A stretch of 64,000 nucleotides of DNA from a virus (lineage: Duplodnaviria; Caudoviricetes): IMG/VR virus record IMGVR_UViG_2595698902_000001, positions 1-64,000 of that record. One strand, given 5' to 3'. Every line of letters begins with the position of its first letter. The stretch's first letter is position 1. The notes below the pieces were generated by a model. It saw only the letters and a program-made list of their open reading frames with translations, searched no databases and was not told the origin of the DNA. A program made the position numbers and the translations under genes. Below, piece by piece: positions 56,199 through 64,000 of this stretch.

Positions 56199-56955
56199 AA
56201 GCGAAGTAATCCTCGTCATCCATTTCGGATTCCGGTATTGGTTTCTTTTGCAGCTTTTCCGCGTACAGGTACTGCTTGAAAAGTTCCACGGCATTATCGA
56301 AGTTGCCTTCCGCCCATTCGATAATGGCAGGCATGAAAGGCTTTTGCATGATGAATGCAATGTGCTTATCGATTTGCTTTTTACGCACAATGACGTATTT
56401 GGCAACCGCCGGGTAAATGCGCTGCGGTTCGTTTCGGATCAGGCAGGTCTGCACATAGCAGAATGCCAATGCGTCGATGTTATCGTCTTCATAGAACTTT
56501 TTGGCCTCTAAGAAAACATCCATCAAACGGCGCTTATCGTCGGCGCTGAAACGCATGATTTTATCAGGATGCGAGAGCTGCTTAATGGATTTAAACAGCA
56601 TCAGTATTGTCGGCATTTCATCAGGCGGTGGCGTTTCCTTCGACGGGGGAATAACCGAACCATCGAAATGGTGCTCTTCCTCTTCCTCTTCATCCATGTT
56701 CAAATCGACAAAGAAACCCGACTCTACTACCTGCGTTTGAATGGCCAGCTCTTTGGAATCGGACAGCTCATTGTTTTCTTCCTCTTCGTCTTCGTCGTCT
56801 TCCTCTTCATCGTTCGATTTATCGCCGAATCCACCCATTGCAAAAGCGCATTTAGCGGCCAGCCAGCTATAGCCCATTTCAACCTTTTCAATCAAAGCTT
56901 TTCGCTTTTGATCTTCGATTAGAATGTCGTTTAGAGTGTCTTCGGTAATAATCAT
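56197..56955 (-). CDS. J-domain-like protein (HPD motif)
   Basis: LFKSIKQLSHPDK...F.EAK..Y. Confidence 0.65.
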   Translation of the reverse strand: MIITEDTLNDILIEDQKRKALIEKVEMGYSWLAAKCAFAMGGFGDKSNDEEEDDEDEEEENNELSDSKELAIQTQVVESGFFVDLNMDEEEEEEHHFDGSVIPPSKETPPPDEMPTILMLFKSIKQLSHPDKIMRFSADDKRRLMDVFLEAKKFYEDDNIDALAFCYVQTCLIRNEPQRIYPAVAKYVIVRKKQIDKHIAFIMQKPFMPAIIEWAEGNFDNAVELFKQYLYAEKLQKKPIPESEMDDEDYFA

Positions 56956-57698
56956 AGAATGTCCATCAGATCAGCTTTGTCGGAACGGGCGCTGTTCAGC
57001 ATGATTGCGAATTGCAGCGGCATTCTCATTTTTTCTGCGAAGAAAGTAATGGGGTCACAGCCGTTAACCACTACGATTCGCGGGATGTTATCGTAAATCT
57101 CTAATAGATCGCGCACCTTTTCCAGCTTATGTTGGGGCGAATCCAGACCTACGTTGGTGATAATCAGCATGGAGATATTGCGTTTAACTTTGGCGTCTCG
57201 CAGTTCATCGGCAAAGCTGCCTAGAACGCGGTGCCATAGCGGCAACAGCTTGCCCTTATGTGAGCCAGAACGTTGCATATCGATTGCAACATCCATGATA
57301 TTCATCGCAAGGAATTTAGCGCGTTCATCCGTCACCATCGAACCAATACAGGTAATCGGGGAACCGTGCAACGGATTGGTCAGCATTCGCTGGCACGCAC
57401 TGATTTGACGAGGTACGTTTGTTTTCGGAATTACGTAATCTTCTGGCAACCATTTCGGCACCATTGGAGTAATCGAAACCAACGCATCATCCAGCAGGAA
57501 CGGCGAACGCATAACCTGCATCGCGGTGCCGTCCACGCCTTGGGATTTCAACAGCTTTTGTCGCGGCGTATCAAATCGGAATTTCAGAGGTGGAGCCGGT
57601 TGCCGCACAGACGTGACAGCGCCGCGCTTGGGCTTTTTAATACCCTCTACCCGCTCAACCTTTTTCCGTTCTTTCACGGGTACTGCATCGGTAGCCAT
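56952..57698 (-). CDS. degenerate P-loop / DnaC-like protein
   Basis: MLII..VG.......E.VRDLL......P.IVV.N..P pattern; Walker A not intact. Confidence 0.4.
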   Translation of the reverse strand: MATDAVPVKERKKVERVEGIKKPKRGAVTSVRQPAPPLKFRFDTPRQKLLKSQGVDGTAMQVMRSPFLLDDALVSITPMVPKWLPEDYVIPKTNVPRQISACQRMLTNPLHGSPITCIGSMVTDERAKFLAMNIMDVAIDMQRSGSHKGKLLPLWHRVLGSFADELRDAKVKRNISMLIITNVGLDSPQHKLEKVRDLLEIYDNIPRIVVVNGCDPITFFAEKMRMPLQFAIMLNSARSDKADLMDIL

Positions 57699-57716
57699 AG
57701 CACGTCTCTTTGGTAG

Positions 57717-57935
57717 TTACTTGTTATTTACAGTAAACGCAGTGCCGTAGGGCGTCACGTCCTTAGCGGCCTTGGCGCGCACCTTTTGGCAGGCCTCGAC
57801 AAGTTCTGCGCGTTGTTCCGGGTTGAAATCGCCACATTCGTGGCGCAGGAAATACTCAGCTGCATCACAATACTGGGCGAGTGGGAAACCATTCGGCGGC
57901 ACGCTCAAACCACGACTAAAATTCTGCGTAGTCAT
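57717..57935 (-). CDS. hypothetical protein
   Basis: Coupled ORF. Confidence 0.6.
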   Translation of the reverse strand: MTTQNFSRGLSVPPNGFPLAQYCDAAEYFLRHECGDFNPEQRAELVEACQKVRAKAAKDVTPYGTAFTVNNK

Positions 57936-58270
57936 TCGTCGTCACCCATCATGGAAGCGATAAGGTCGCGGGCTTCCTGCGTGCTCACTTCGACTTGTGT
58001 TCCATCGGAGTAATACGCAACTGCAATTTCCCGGTCGCCTTGTGGAATGAATTCCACACGTTCCAGAAATGCCGACATGATAGGCCCTTTAACGATGATG
58101 CAGCGCCCATCGGTTGCCCATTTGTACTCTTCGCCTTCACGCAATTCGGGAACCGGCCACGTTCGGCTCCATCCGCCCAAATTGTCGTCTTTTTGGAAGC
58201 GCTCGATTCTGCGCTGTTCGACGCCAGTTTCGGTGTGAACTTCCATCGTCATTGCTTTGCTATTTTCCAT
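57932..58270 (-). CDS. hypothetical protein
   Basis: ORF in gene run. Confidence 0.65.
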   Translation of the reverse strand: MENSKAMTMEVHTETGVEQRRIERFQKDDNLGGWSRTWPVPELREGEEYKWATDGRCIIVKGPIMSAFLERVEFIPQGDREIAVAYYSDGTQVEVSTQEARDLIASMMGDDE

Positions 58271-58279
58271 GATGTTTTC

Positions 58280-58528
58280 TCAGCAAAGAGGATCAGTCGG
58301 GTGTGCGACGTTGTAGGTTTCCAGCTGCAAACGCATACCCTTGTCAAAACCGGTTGGTTCGACGCCGCCTGTATCACACTCGGCCCACAAACGGTTCATT
58401 TCGTAGGTATTGCCGATGCCGTGTTTACCAACCTGCTCGCGCACATAATTGCGACCGTCTTCGATTTCTTCCTCGGGTGTACGCAAGCCGATTGCGCTGC
58501 GAATAACCGCCCAAAGCGAACTAAGCAT
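58280..58528 (-). CDS. hypothetical protein
   Basis: ORF with TAGGTG RBS. Confidence 0.65.
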   Translation of the reverse strand: MLSSLWAVIRSAIGLRTPEEEIEDGRNYVREQVGKHGIGNTYEMNRLWAECDTGGVEPTGFDKGMRLQLETYNVAHPTDPLC

Positions 58529-58592
58529 AAACGCACCTATTGTTGTGTTGTCTACTTGTTATTTACAGTCTTCGCAGCGCGCTCGATTCAGC

Positions 58593-58808
58593 TCACTTCT
58601 TGGCCCGGCGATGCTTGGCGCTGCGGCGTTCGGCACGGTTCATCGGGCGGCGATCCATGACAGACGGATGCACCAGATTAGGATTGAGCTTTTGTGCCAG
58701 ACGCAAAGCTTCGTCGGGATCGTGCTTGCCCATTTCCAGAATCAGTTCCTGCAATTTCGCCGCTTGCTCTTCTGGCGTCATTTGCGCGATTTCGTCTTTA
58801 CTCAGCAT
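58593..58808 (-). CDS. hypothetical protein
   Basis: Coupled ORF; MNRAERR motif. Confidence 0.6.
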   Translation of the reverse strand: MLSKDEIAQMTPEEQAAKLQELILEMGKHDPDEALRLAQKLNPNLVHPSVMDRRPMNRAERRSAKHRRAKK

Positions 58809-60484
58809 CAGTATCCCCTGTTGTATTTTCGCTGTTTGCTTTGCGCCTTTTTCTCAGCGCGTTGTTTTTGGATGCCCGCACCGATACGGCTAAACATGCC
58901 GCCGAACATGCCGCCCGGCTCCCGCGTAACTGTAGAAACTTCGATCTGCGCATCAGGCTCAAAATCCTCAGTAATTGCACGTTTAACATTTCGCGTCCAT
59001 TCCTGCATACGCTGTTCGGCAACCGGCGTCGGCTGGTGCTTAAACGCCAGCGCTTGCTGCCATGTGTTCGCGCAGTATTTCAGCGATGCCGCCGCGCCCG
59101 TATCCACAAAGAATCGAATAATCGGCTGGCGCTTATCCGGGTCCGGTGTGAGAATACGCGAACTTTCCTGTTTCCAGTTCGGTTCGTTGTTCATCGGCAT
59201 AATGTAATACAGGCACGACCACGGCTTAACGTTGATACCGCGTTGCAGCAGTTTGCGAATGCCGACCACTACGCGGATTTTCCGTTCGGACGCCTGCGCC
59301 TTCACCCAGTCACGATGGTTCTTGTTTTTCTTGCCGCCACCTCCAACAAACTCGGCAGCAACTTCGTAGCCTACAGCGCTATTCACGCGGCGCACAATTT
59401 CCGAAATGTGATTCTTGAAATGGCACGGAATCACAATGGAATGCCCGGCTTCAAGGTCTTTCAAAATCCACTGGATAATGAAGTCATTTCGTTTCTTGTT
59501 GCTCGCCAGCGATTTACCCAGTTTGACGAATCCGGGCTTGCCCTTAAACACGCCTTTGGATTTCACGCCGGTATCAACCGCGATCATCTTGGCGACCAGC
59601 TGCGCACGCATGATTTTGGATTTGACGCCACCGACCACCAAAGCAGTGATTTTGTCCTTTCCATCTTTGCGCGTTTCTGTACCAGTGCAACCAAAACGAT
59701 AACGCATTTTCAGGCTGTTCATGACGCTAGCGAATTCAGGCGCACCCGTTGCCTGTACTTCGTCCACAATCACGGTGCCGAAAGTTTTGTTGCAGGCTTT
59801 CAGCAACTTGCGGCCTTTCTTCGACAGGAAACTCTGATAGGTAATAATACCAATCTGAATATCCTCAAGGTCTTCGACTTTCTTGATAAATCCGTACAGC
59901 TTTTTGCCAGTCTTGTTTTGCAAGGCAGGCAGGTTGGTGGACTCTTCAATATCGCCGATGAACTGGTTAAGAAAGTCGTACTGGTCAGCCATCAGCAAAA
60001 CTTTGTGGCCCAGCTCAATCGCCAGTTTCAAAGCAGTCAGGGATTTACCCGAACGCGGAGGCAGAACGAACAGGCCGTATTTAGCCTCTTTCATTTTGCG
60101 CACTGTTTTCAACTGGTAGCTAAACCAATCGCGATCTTCCCCGAGGTCGATTTTCACCTTGTAATCGAAGGGCGCCCGCGTGCGCTTATCAACGATTTTG
60201 TAATCGCTGAAACGGATACGCATTTTCTCTTCGATGTTTTCCCGGTCGCCCAGTGGCAGGCCAATGTATTCGGTATTGCCGAACACTTGCGACTTGGCGA
60301 GCCGATAGGAACCGTTGAAGTTTTCGCAGCCCTTACAAGCGGCAACAGGGCGCTCAGGCCGCAAGTCGCAGGCCCGGCACCCTTGATCGGAAAAGAAGTC
60401 GTGAAAGTATTCTTTCTTGACGCGCTTTTCACTCAGGTCAACACGCGGAACATACAGCTTGTCTGTAACAATGATTTTTCCCAT
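58808..60484 (-). CDS. SF2 DNA helicase (UvsW-like) with N-terminal Cys4
   Basis: YQ, PPRSGKS, DEVQ, GCTGT..RKDG, RGIN, Q...RILT. Confidence 0.85.
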   Translation of the reverse strand: MGKIIVTDKLYVPRVDLSEKRVKKEYFHDFFSDQGCRACDLRPERPVAACKGCENFNGSYRLAKSQVFGNTEYIGLPLGDRENIEEKMRIRFSDYKIVDKRTRAPFDYKVKIDLGEDRDWFSYQLKTVRKMKEAKYGLFVLPPRSGKSLTALKLAIELGHKVLLMADQYDFLNQFIGDIEESTNLPALQNKTGKKLYGFIKKVEDLEDIQIGIITYQSFLSKKGRKLLKACNKTFGTVIVDEVQATGAPEFASVMNSLKMRYRFGCTGTETRKDGKDKITALVVGGVKSKIMRAQLVAKMIAVDTGVKSKGVFKGKPGFVKLGKSLASNKKRNDFIIQWILKDLEAGHSIVIPCHFKNHISEIVRRVNSAVGYEVAAEFVGGGGKKNKNHRDWVKAQASERKIRVVVGIRKLLQRGINVKPWSCLYYIMPMNNEPNWKQESSRILTPDPDKRQPIIRFFVDTGAAASLKYCANTWQQALAFKHQPTPVAEQRMQEWTRNVKRAITEDFEPDAQIEVSTVTREPGGMFGGMFSRIGAGIQKQRAEKKAQSKQRKYNRGY

Positions 60485-60501
60485 AGCGTTTTTCTGGCGT
60501 C

Positions 60502-60909
60502 CTAGTTGGCGCCACTAGGGGAACTCCCGTGGCAACCGTCAGTGCATGGATGTGTTAAGCGTGCATATTCCAGATTTACAATAACCGGCCACTGCTCTTT
60601 TTGGACGTATTCGATCAGGTCCAAAATCATGGAGTCATTGCCCCACCGCACAGGATAAACCTCTAAGTTGTACGGCGAGTTTTCCGGCGCGGCGTAGTAA
60701 TACCGATTTACCAGACGTTTGGCGTCTTCGATACCGGTCACAACCGCAATGAAAATCCCGCCGCCAGTATTAGCCAGCTGGGCGCCCGCGACGATGGTTT
60801 CTAGCAGTGGCTCGCTGAACAAATCTCGCACGTTAAAGAACGATGCGTAGTTGCTGAAAACCGACCACGATTCCAGTTGCCCACGCAGCAGAATTAAACG
60901 GCTAGCCAT
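60502..60909 (-). CDS. hypothetical protein
   Basis: ORF in gene run. Confidence 0.6.
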   Translation of the reverse strand: MASRLILLRGQLESWSVFSNYASFFNVRDLFSEPLLETIVAGAQLANTGGGIFIAVVTGIEDAKRLVNRYYYAAPENSPYNLEVYPVRWGNDSMILDLIEYVQKEQWPVIVNLEYARLTHPCTDGCHGSSPSGAN

Positions 60910-61481
60910 GCTTCATCCTCTTTCGGCAAAGCGTGAACCATAATCACCGGCAATTCGTTTGCACGCACGTAGTCTTGGGCCTCGCACACAAGCGGCATTT
61001 GCAGATTCAAATTGAAAAGCAGGTAGGCGTCCGGGTGAGCGGCCACCTGCGAATCAAACAGATTGGAAACTGCCGCAATATCTTTGGTTTCCAGAACATG
61101 CACGGCATCGAAGGAAGTGGCGCCAGTGCTGACAGTCACCGCGCCTTCCGATTCATCCGACAATACATACAAATTATACGGCTTGTAACCTTCCAACAAT
61201 TTGCGCTGAATTTGCGTCAATTCAAACACGACCATATTGCTATGCAGCAGGTCGGTCATGATGAGGTGCATGAAATCAAGGTTTGTTCCGTAGGCACCGA
61301 CATAAACCGGCTCGCCAGTTTCCTCGATTTGTTGCAGCACATGCGCATGGGCGTCATGCAGAACAGATGCGGTATCTTCCAGAATAACCACGGTTTCGCA
61401 ATCTGCCAGTTTGCTACCAACAAGGGAAGCCATAACCGCCGTTTGCTCAACGCCAAATTCTGCATAAACAAAAGCTTTCAT
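60894..61481 (-). CDS. hypothetical protein (two similar alpha/beta halves)
   Basis: ORF coupled to upstream stop. Confidence 0.65.
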   Translation of the reverse strand: MKAFVYAEFGVEQTAVMASLVGSKLADCETVVILEDTASVLHDAHAHVLQQIEETGEPVYVGAYGTNLDFMHLIMTDLLHSNMVVFELTQIQRKLLEGYKPYNLYVLSDESEGAVTVSTGATSFDAVHVLETKDIAAVSNLFDSQVAAHPDAYLLFNLNLQMPLVCEAQDYVRANELPVIMVHALPKEDEAWLAV

Positions 61482-62014
61482 AGTAATACCTGTTCTGGTC
61501 GGGAAAGAACCTTGACCAGCTCAACCATGTTGCGGAACATGTAGTTGGCTTTATCAATGTCCTCAATGATGATTTTTGCAGCCTTTTCCAGCACTGCAAC
61601 GTCGCTCTGGAATTCGTAAAACTGTTTCATGGACGATTCCACGAATGCCTTACGTTCTGTTGCCGTCGCGATCACCTTGAAATTGCCTGCATATTCTGAC
61701 AGCAGATAATCGCGCACATTGGAAAGCGTGCGGGTCATGGCGTCGTTAATCTTGGCACAGTCGCCAAGGATTTCCGCACACCGGGATCGAACGGCTTGGT
61801 CTTGCAGCATTGCCTCTGCAAGTTTTTCAGGGAAAGAACGGGAACGTTTGCGACGTAACTCTCGCGTGATACGGGTGGCGTGGAGGCGCTGCAACTCAGA
61901 ATGCAACTCAGCAAAATCAAGATTGTATGCCGGGTTGCCTTGGAAGTTTTTCAGGAATTGCTTGAATCGCGAATCCCGTTTGATAACGCGGCGCAGCGCT
62001 CCAATATCCGACAT
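61478..62014 (-). CDS. helical protein, possible UvsY-like recombination mediator
   Basis: All-helical; ID...Y.FRN.VE..K C-terminus; near UvsW-like helicase. Confidence 0.35.
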   Translation of the reverse strand: MSDIGALRRVIKRDSRFKQFLKNFQGNPAYNLDFAELHSELQRLHATRITRELRRKRSRSFPEKLAEAMLQDQAVRSRCAEILGDCAKINDAMTRTLSNVRDYLLSEYAGNFKVIATATERKAFVESSMKQFYEFQSDVAVLEKAAKIIIEDIDKANYMFRNMVELVKVLSRPEQVLL

Positions 62015-62018
62015 TGAT

Positions 62019-62441
62019 TTACACCTCTTCCGCTTGTGGAATCGCCGAGCTGTAATGACCGGCCATCGCGATCAGGAAGGAAGCCACAGACAAAACAAAT
62101 TCGTGATGAATATGCGGCAGATTCAGCGGCTCCGGTTCACCCCACGGGAACATACGCCAGCTGCGGCGATACCAGATATTCACGTCTGCCAGTTTGTTGA
62201 TTTCTTGGCCCAGTGCTTCGGCTTCGGCTACGTCTTCTGCGCTAGGCTCGGCGTGGAAACGTACCCACTGGTCAAGGTCTTTCACACCCGCGATATAATA
62301 TTCGCGCTCTTCCGGCGTCAGCTCTTCCCATTTGCGCCACTTATAGCCGCATAGCGCTGCGTAAGAGGCGATCATGCAATAGGCCATAAAGGCGTTTTGC
62401 GGTTCATCGTAAACAACATAAGTGGTTTCGTATTGGCTCAT
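62019..62441 (-). CDS. hypothetical protein
   Basis: Coupled ORF. Confidence 0.65.
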   Translation of the reverse strand: MSQYETTYVVYDEPQNAFMAYCMIASYAALCGYKWRKWEELTPEEREYYIAGVKDLDQWVRFHAEPSAEDVAEAEALGQEINKLADVNIWYRRSWRMFPWGEPEPLNLPHIHHEFVLSVASFLIAMAGHYSSAIPQAEEV

Positions 62442-62881
62442 GATTCCGTCACCAGATAAGGGGAATCGGCGTGGCCGCTAATGGCCAACACCGATCCAGT
62501 GCCTGTCTTGAATATTAACAGTTTTTGCTTGTACGACGTTACCGGCATCTGTTCAAAATCAAACGACTCGCGCTTATTGCACGATACGATCAGCTTATGC
62601 TCAGACAGATCGGCCTTTGACGCATCCGCGACAACGAACAAATGCCCGTAGATTGAACCACGGGCATTCACGAAGTTGTACATTTTGCAGAAGCGGTTTA
62701 ACTCATACGGATTTTCGTAGTCAATGTGCATTGGCGTGTTCACCAACGGACGAAAAAACAAACCGATATGGTAGCCGTCGTGTGCGCTTCCGAACTCTTC
62801 AAAAACATCCACTTGGCGAACCGTATGCGTGAACGTATCCGCCAAGCTAAAAATTGGACTTACATCCGGGCGCCTAATCAT
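62438..62881 (-). CDS. hypothetical protein
   Basis: Coupled ORF. Confidence 0.65.
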   Translation of the reverse strand: MIRRPDVSPIFSLADTFTHTVRQVDVFEEFGSAHDGYHIGLFFRPLVNTPMHIDYENPYELNRFCKMYNFVNARGSIYGHLFVVADASKADLSEHKLIVSCNKRESFDFEQMPVTSYKQKLLIFKTGTGSVLAISGHADSPYLVTES

Positions 62882-63999
62882 TTGGCCTCGTCGTATGTTC
62901 CGATCAGCGTGAGTTTACCGCCATCGACTTTTGTTTCCAGCCGGTAGGAGGACATGGCGCCCACCACCTTGTAAAAATTCATGTCGATTTCGATACCAGA
63001 AACTTTACCGAACAGGTCCATGAAAATGCGCGGGTCTACGCGAATATCCAGAGGCTTGCCGGTTACGCTGGCTTTGAATTTGTCAGAGACGCGACCGGCT
63101 TTACCCTGCACGCTCATGGTTGCTTCTTTCGCTTCAAGTTTCAAAGCCATTTTTGTTTCACCGTCCGACAGCACAGCCATGTTCGATACAACCGAAACGG
63201 CTTTGGTGTCGAAGGTCATTGCGCTAATGGTTTTCAGATCATCCAGCGCATTATTGTACTGCACGGCCTGCCCTACGTCGCCGTATATCAACTGGCCTTC
63301 TGGTAGCGATACCAAAAACGTGTCGCTGGTGGCTCGCACGCGACCGCCTTCAATAGAAAAAGAGATTTCATCGGAATCAATGAATTTCTCCAACACACCG
63401 AACGCTTTGGCAGGCAATGCAGTCTTGAGCGGTACGGCATTTTTCACTTTGGTTTTGAACAGTGCGACGTGGTGTTCGTCGTGGCAGTACACACGCATTA
63501 TCTTTTCGCCGACTTCAAAAATAATCGGCAATTCCGAACCGCCGTAGAAGTCGGTCAGGCGTACCCGCTTCACTGCATCGCGCAGTTTTGTCACAACTTC
63601 TTTTGGCATCGGTTTGGCTTTCTTGCCGACCATCTGATGCTCAAGCATTTGGATATCGTCAGCGTCGAAGTCTACCGCGTCAATTTGCGCAGTGAAATTG
63701 CCTTTCTTTTCCTTGAATGCGATCTTGCCACCGCCCGATTTGAAAACACAATCACTTCGGGATTTTAGCAGGCCGCACAACAGCATGGCGTCCACGCGAA
63801 TGGTGCCGGATTTCGTCGCTTCGCCATCGATCTTGGCACACGCCAGCGCATCGGTGGACGTGCCGATCAGGTAAACGCCTTTGCCTTTTTCGCTGGCAAT
63901 AATAAACTTGGCGTCGTCCGCTTTAATGTAGGTTGTAACGTTGTTGATCTTGGCGAACGTGGCGGCAATATCCTTGCCGTTCGCGATGAATTCCAGCTC
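62878..63999 (-). CDS. DNA polymerase sliding clamp (DnaN/beta-like), 5'-truncated by window
   Basis: Frame open to window edge (>370 aa); repeated clamp-like beta-alpha pattern, D.HHVA, LP.KAF..L, DPRIF.D. Confidence 0.55.
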   Translation of the reverse strand, partial: ELEFIANGKDIAATFAKINNVTTYIKADDAKFIIASEKGKGVYLIGTSTDALACAKIDGEATKSGTIRVDAMLLCGLLKSRSDCVFKSGGGKIAFKEKKGNFTAQIDAVDFDADDIQMLEHQMVGKKAKPMPKEVVTKLRDAVKRVRLTDFYGGSELPIIFEVGEKIMRVYCHDEHHVALFKTKVKNAVPLKTALPAKAFGVLEKFIDSDEISFSIEGGRVRATSDTFLVSLPEGQLIYGDVGQAVQYNNALDDLKTISAMTFDTKAVSVVSNMAVLSDGETKMALKLEAKEATMSVQGKAGRVSDKFKASVTGKPLDIRVDPRIFMDLFGKVSGIEIDMNFYKVVGAMSSYRLETKVDGGKLTLIGTYDEAK

Positions 64000-64000
64000 G

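Noticed and set aside
3045-60505. Long plus-strand ORFs (e.g. 3045..4499, 39398..40903, 51431..53692, 53785..56055, 58694..60505)
   Set aside because: They lie antisense to recognisable minus-strand genes, show no motifs, and are expected shadows of biased codon usage
1-64000. tRNA/rRNA genes, integrase/transposase, introns/inteins, alternative genetic code
   Set aside because: None recognised by eye. Intergenic gaps are short, and core genes are intact under the standard code with TAA, TGA and TAG all used as stops. tRNAscan/Infernal were not run

Overview
This 64 kb window comes from a large (jumbo-type) myovirus genome. Essentially all real genes are on the minus strand, and the long plus-strand ORFs are antisense shadows. 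Gene content and order resemble, from memory and not from a search, the Lu11/PaBG/Y3/JA-type 'hairy' jumbo myoviruses, probably with a Pseudomonas-like host. About 1-24 kb is an accessory/early region of small ORFs. It contains five copies of a sigma70 promoter + hairpin + RBS cassette, KTSC, TrfB/KorA-like, XRE and AlgR-like LytTR proteins, a VgrG3-type muramidase, a phosphoesterase and dCTP deaminase. About 24-56 kb is morphogenesis: baseplate, tail lysin/tape measure, two tube-like and two sheath genes, capsid, scaffold, protease and Ig-fibres, plus a GT2-TPR glycosyltransferase and an NAD+ ligase. About 56-64 kb is replication: J-domain, DnaC-like, SF2 helicase and beta-clamp-like genes. 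The strongest unannotated signals are (1) an A-AAA-AAG -1 frameshift fusing two ORFs at 20.3 kb, (2) a phased palindromic/alternating purine-pyrimidine element at identical spacing upstream of three early promoters, (3) a recurring A-x-A-S motif in head proteins, and (4) two candidate phage-specific promoter motifs. All functional calls come from motif recognition by eye; no database search was run.
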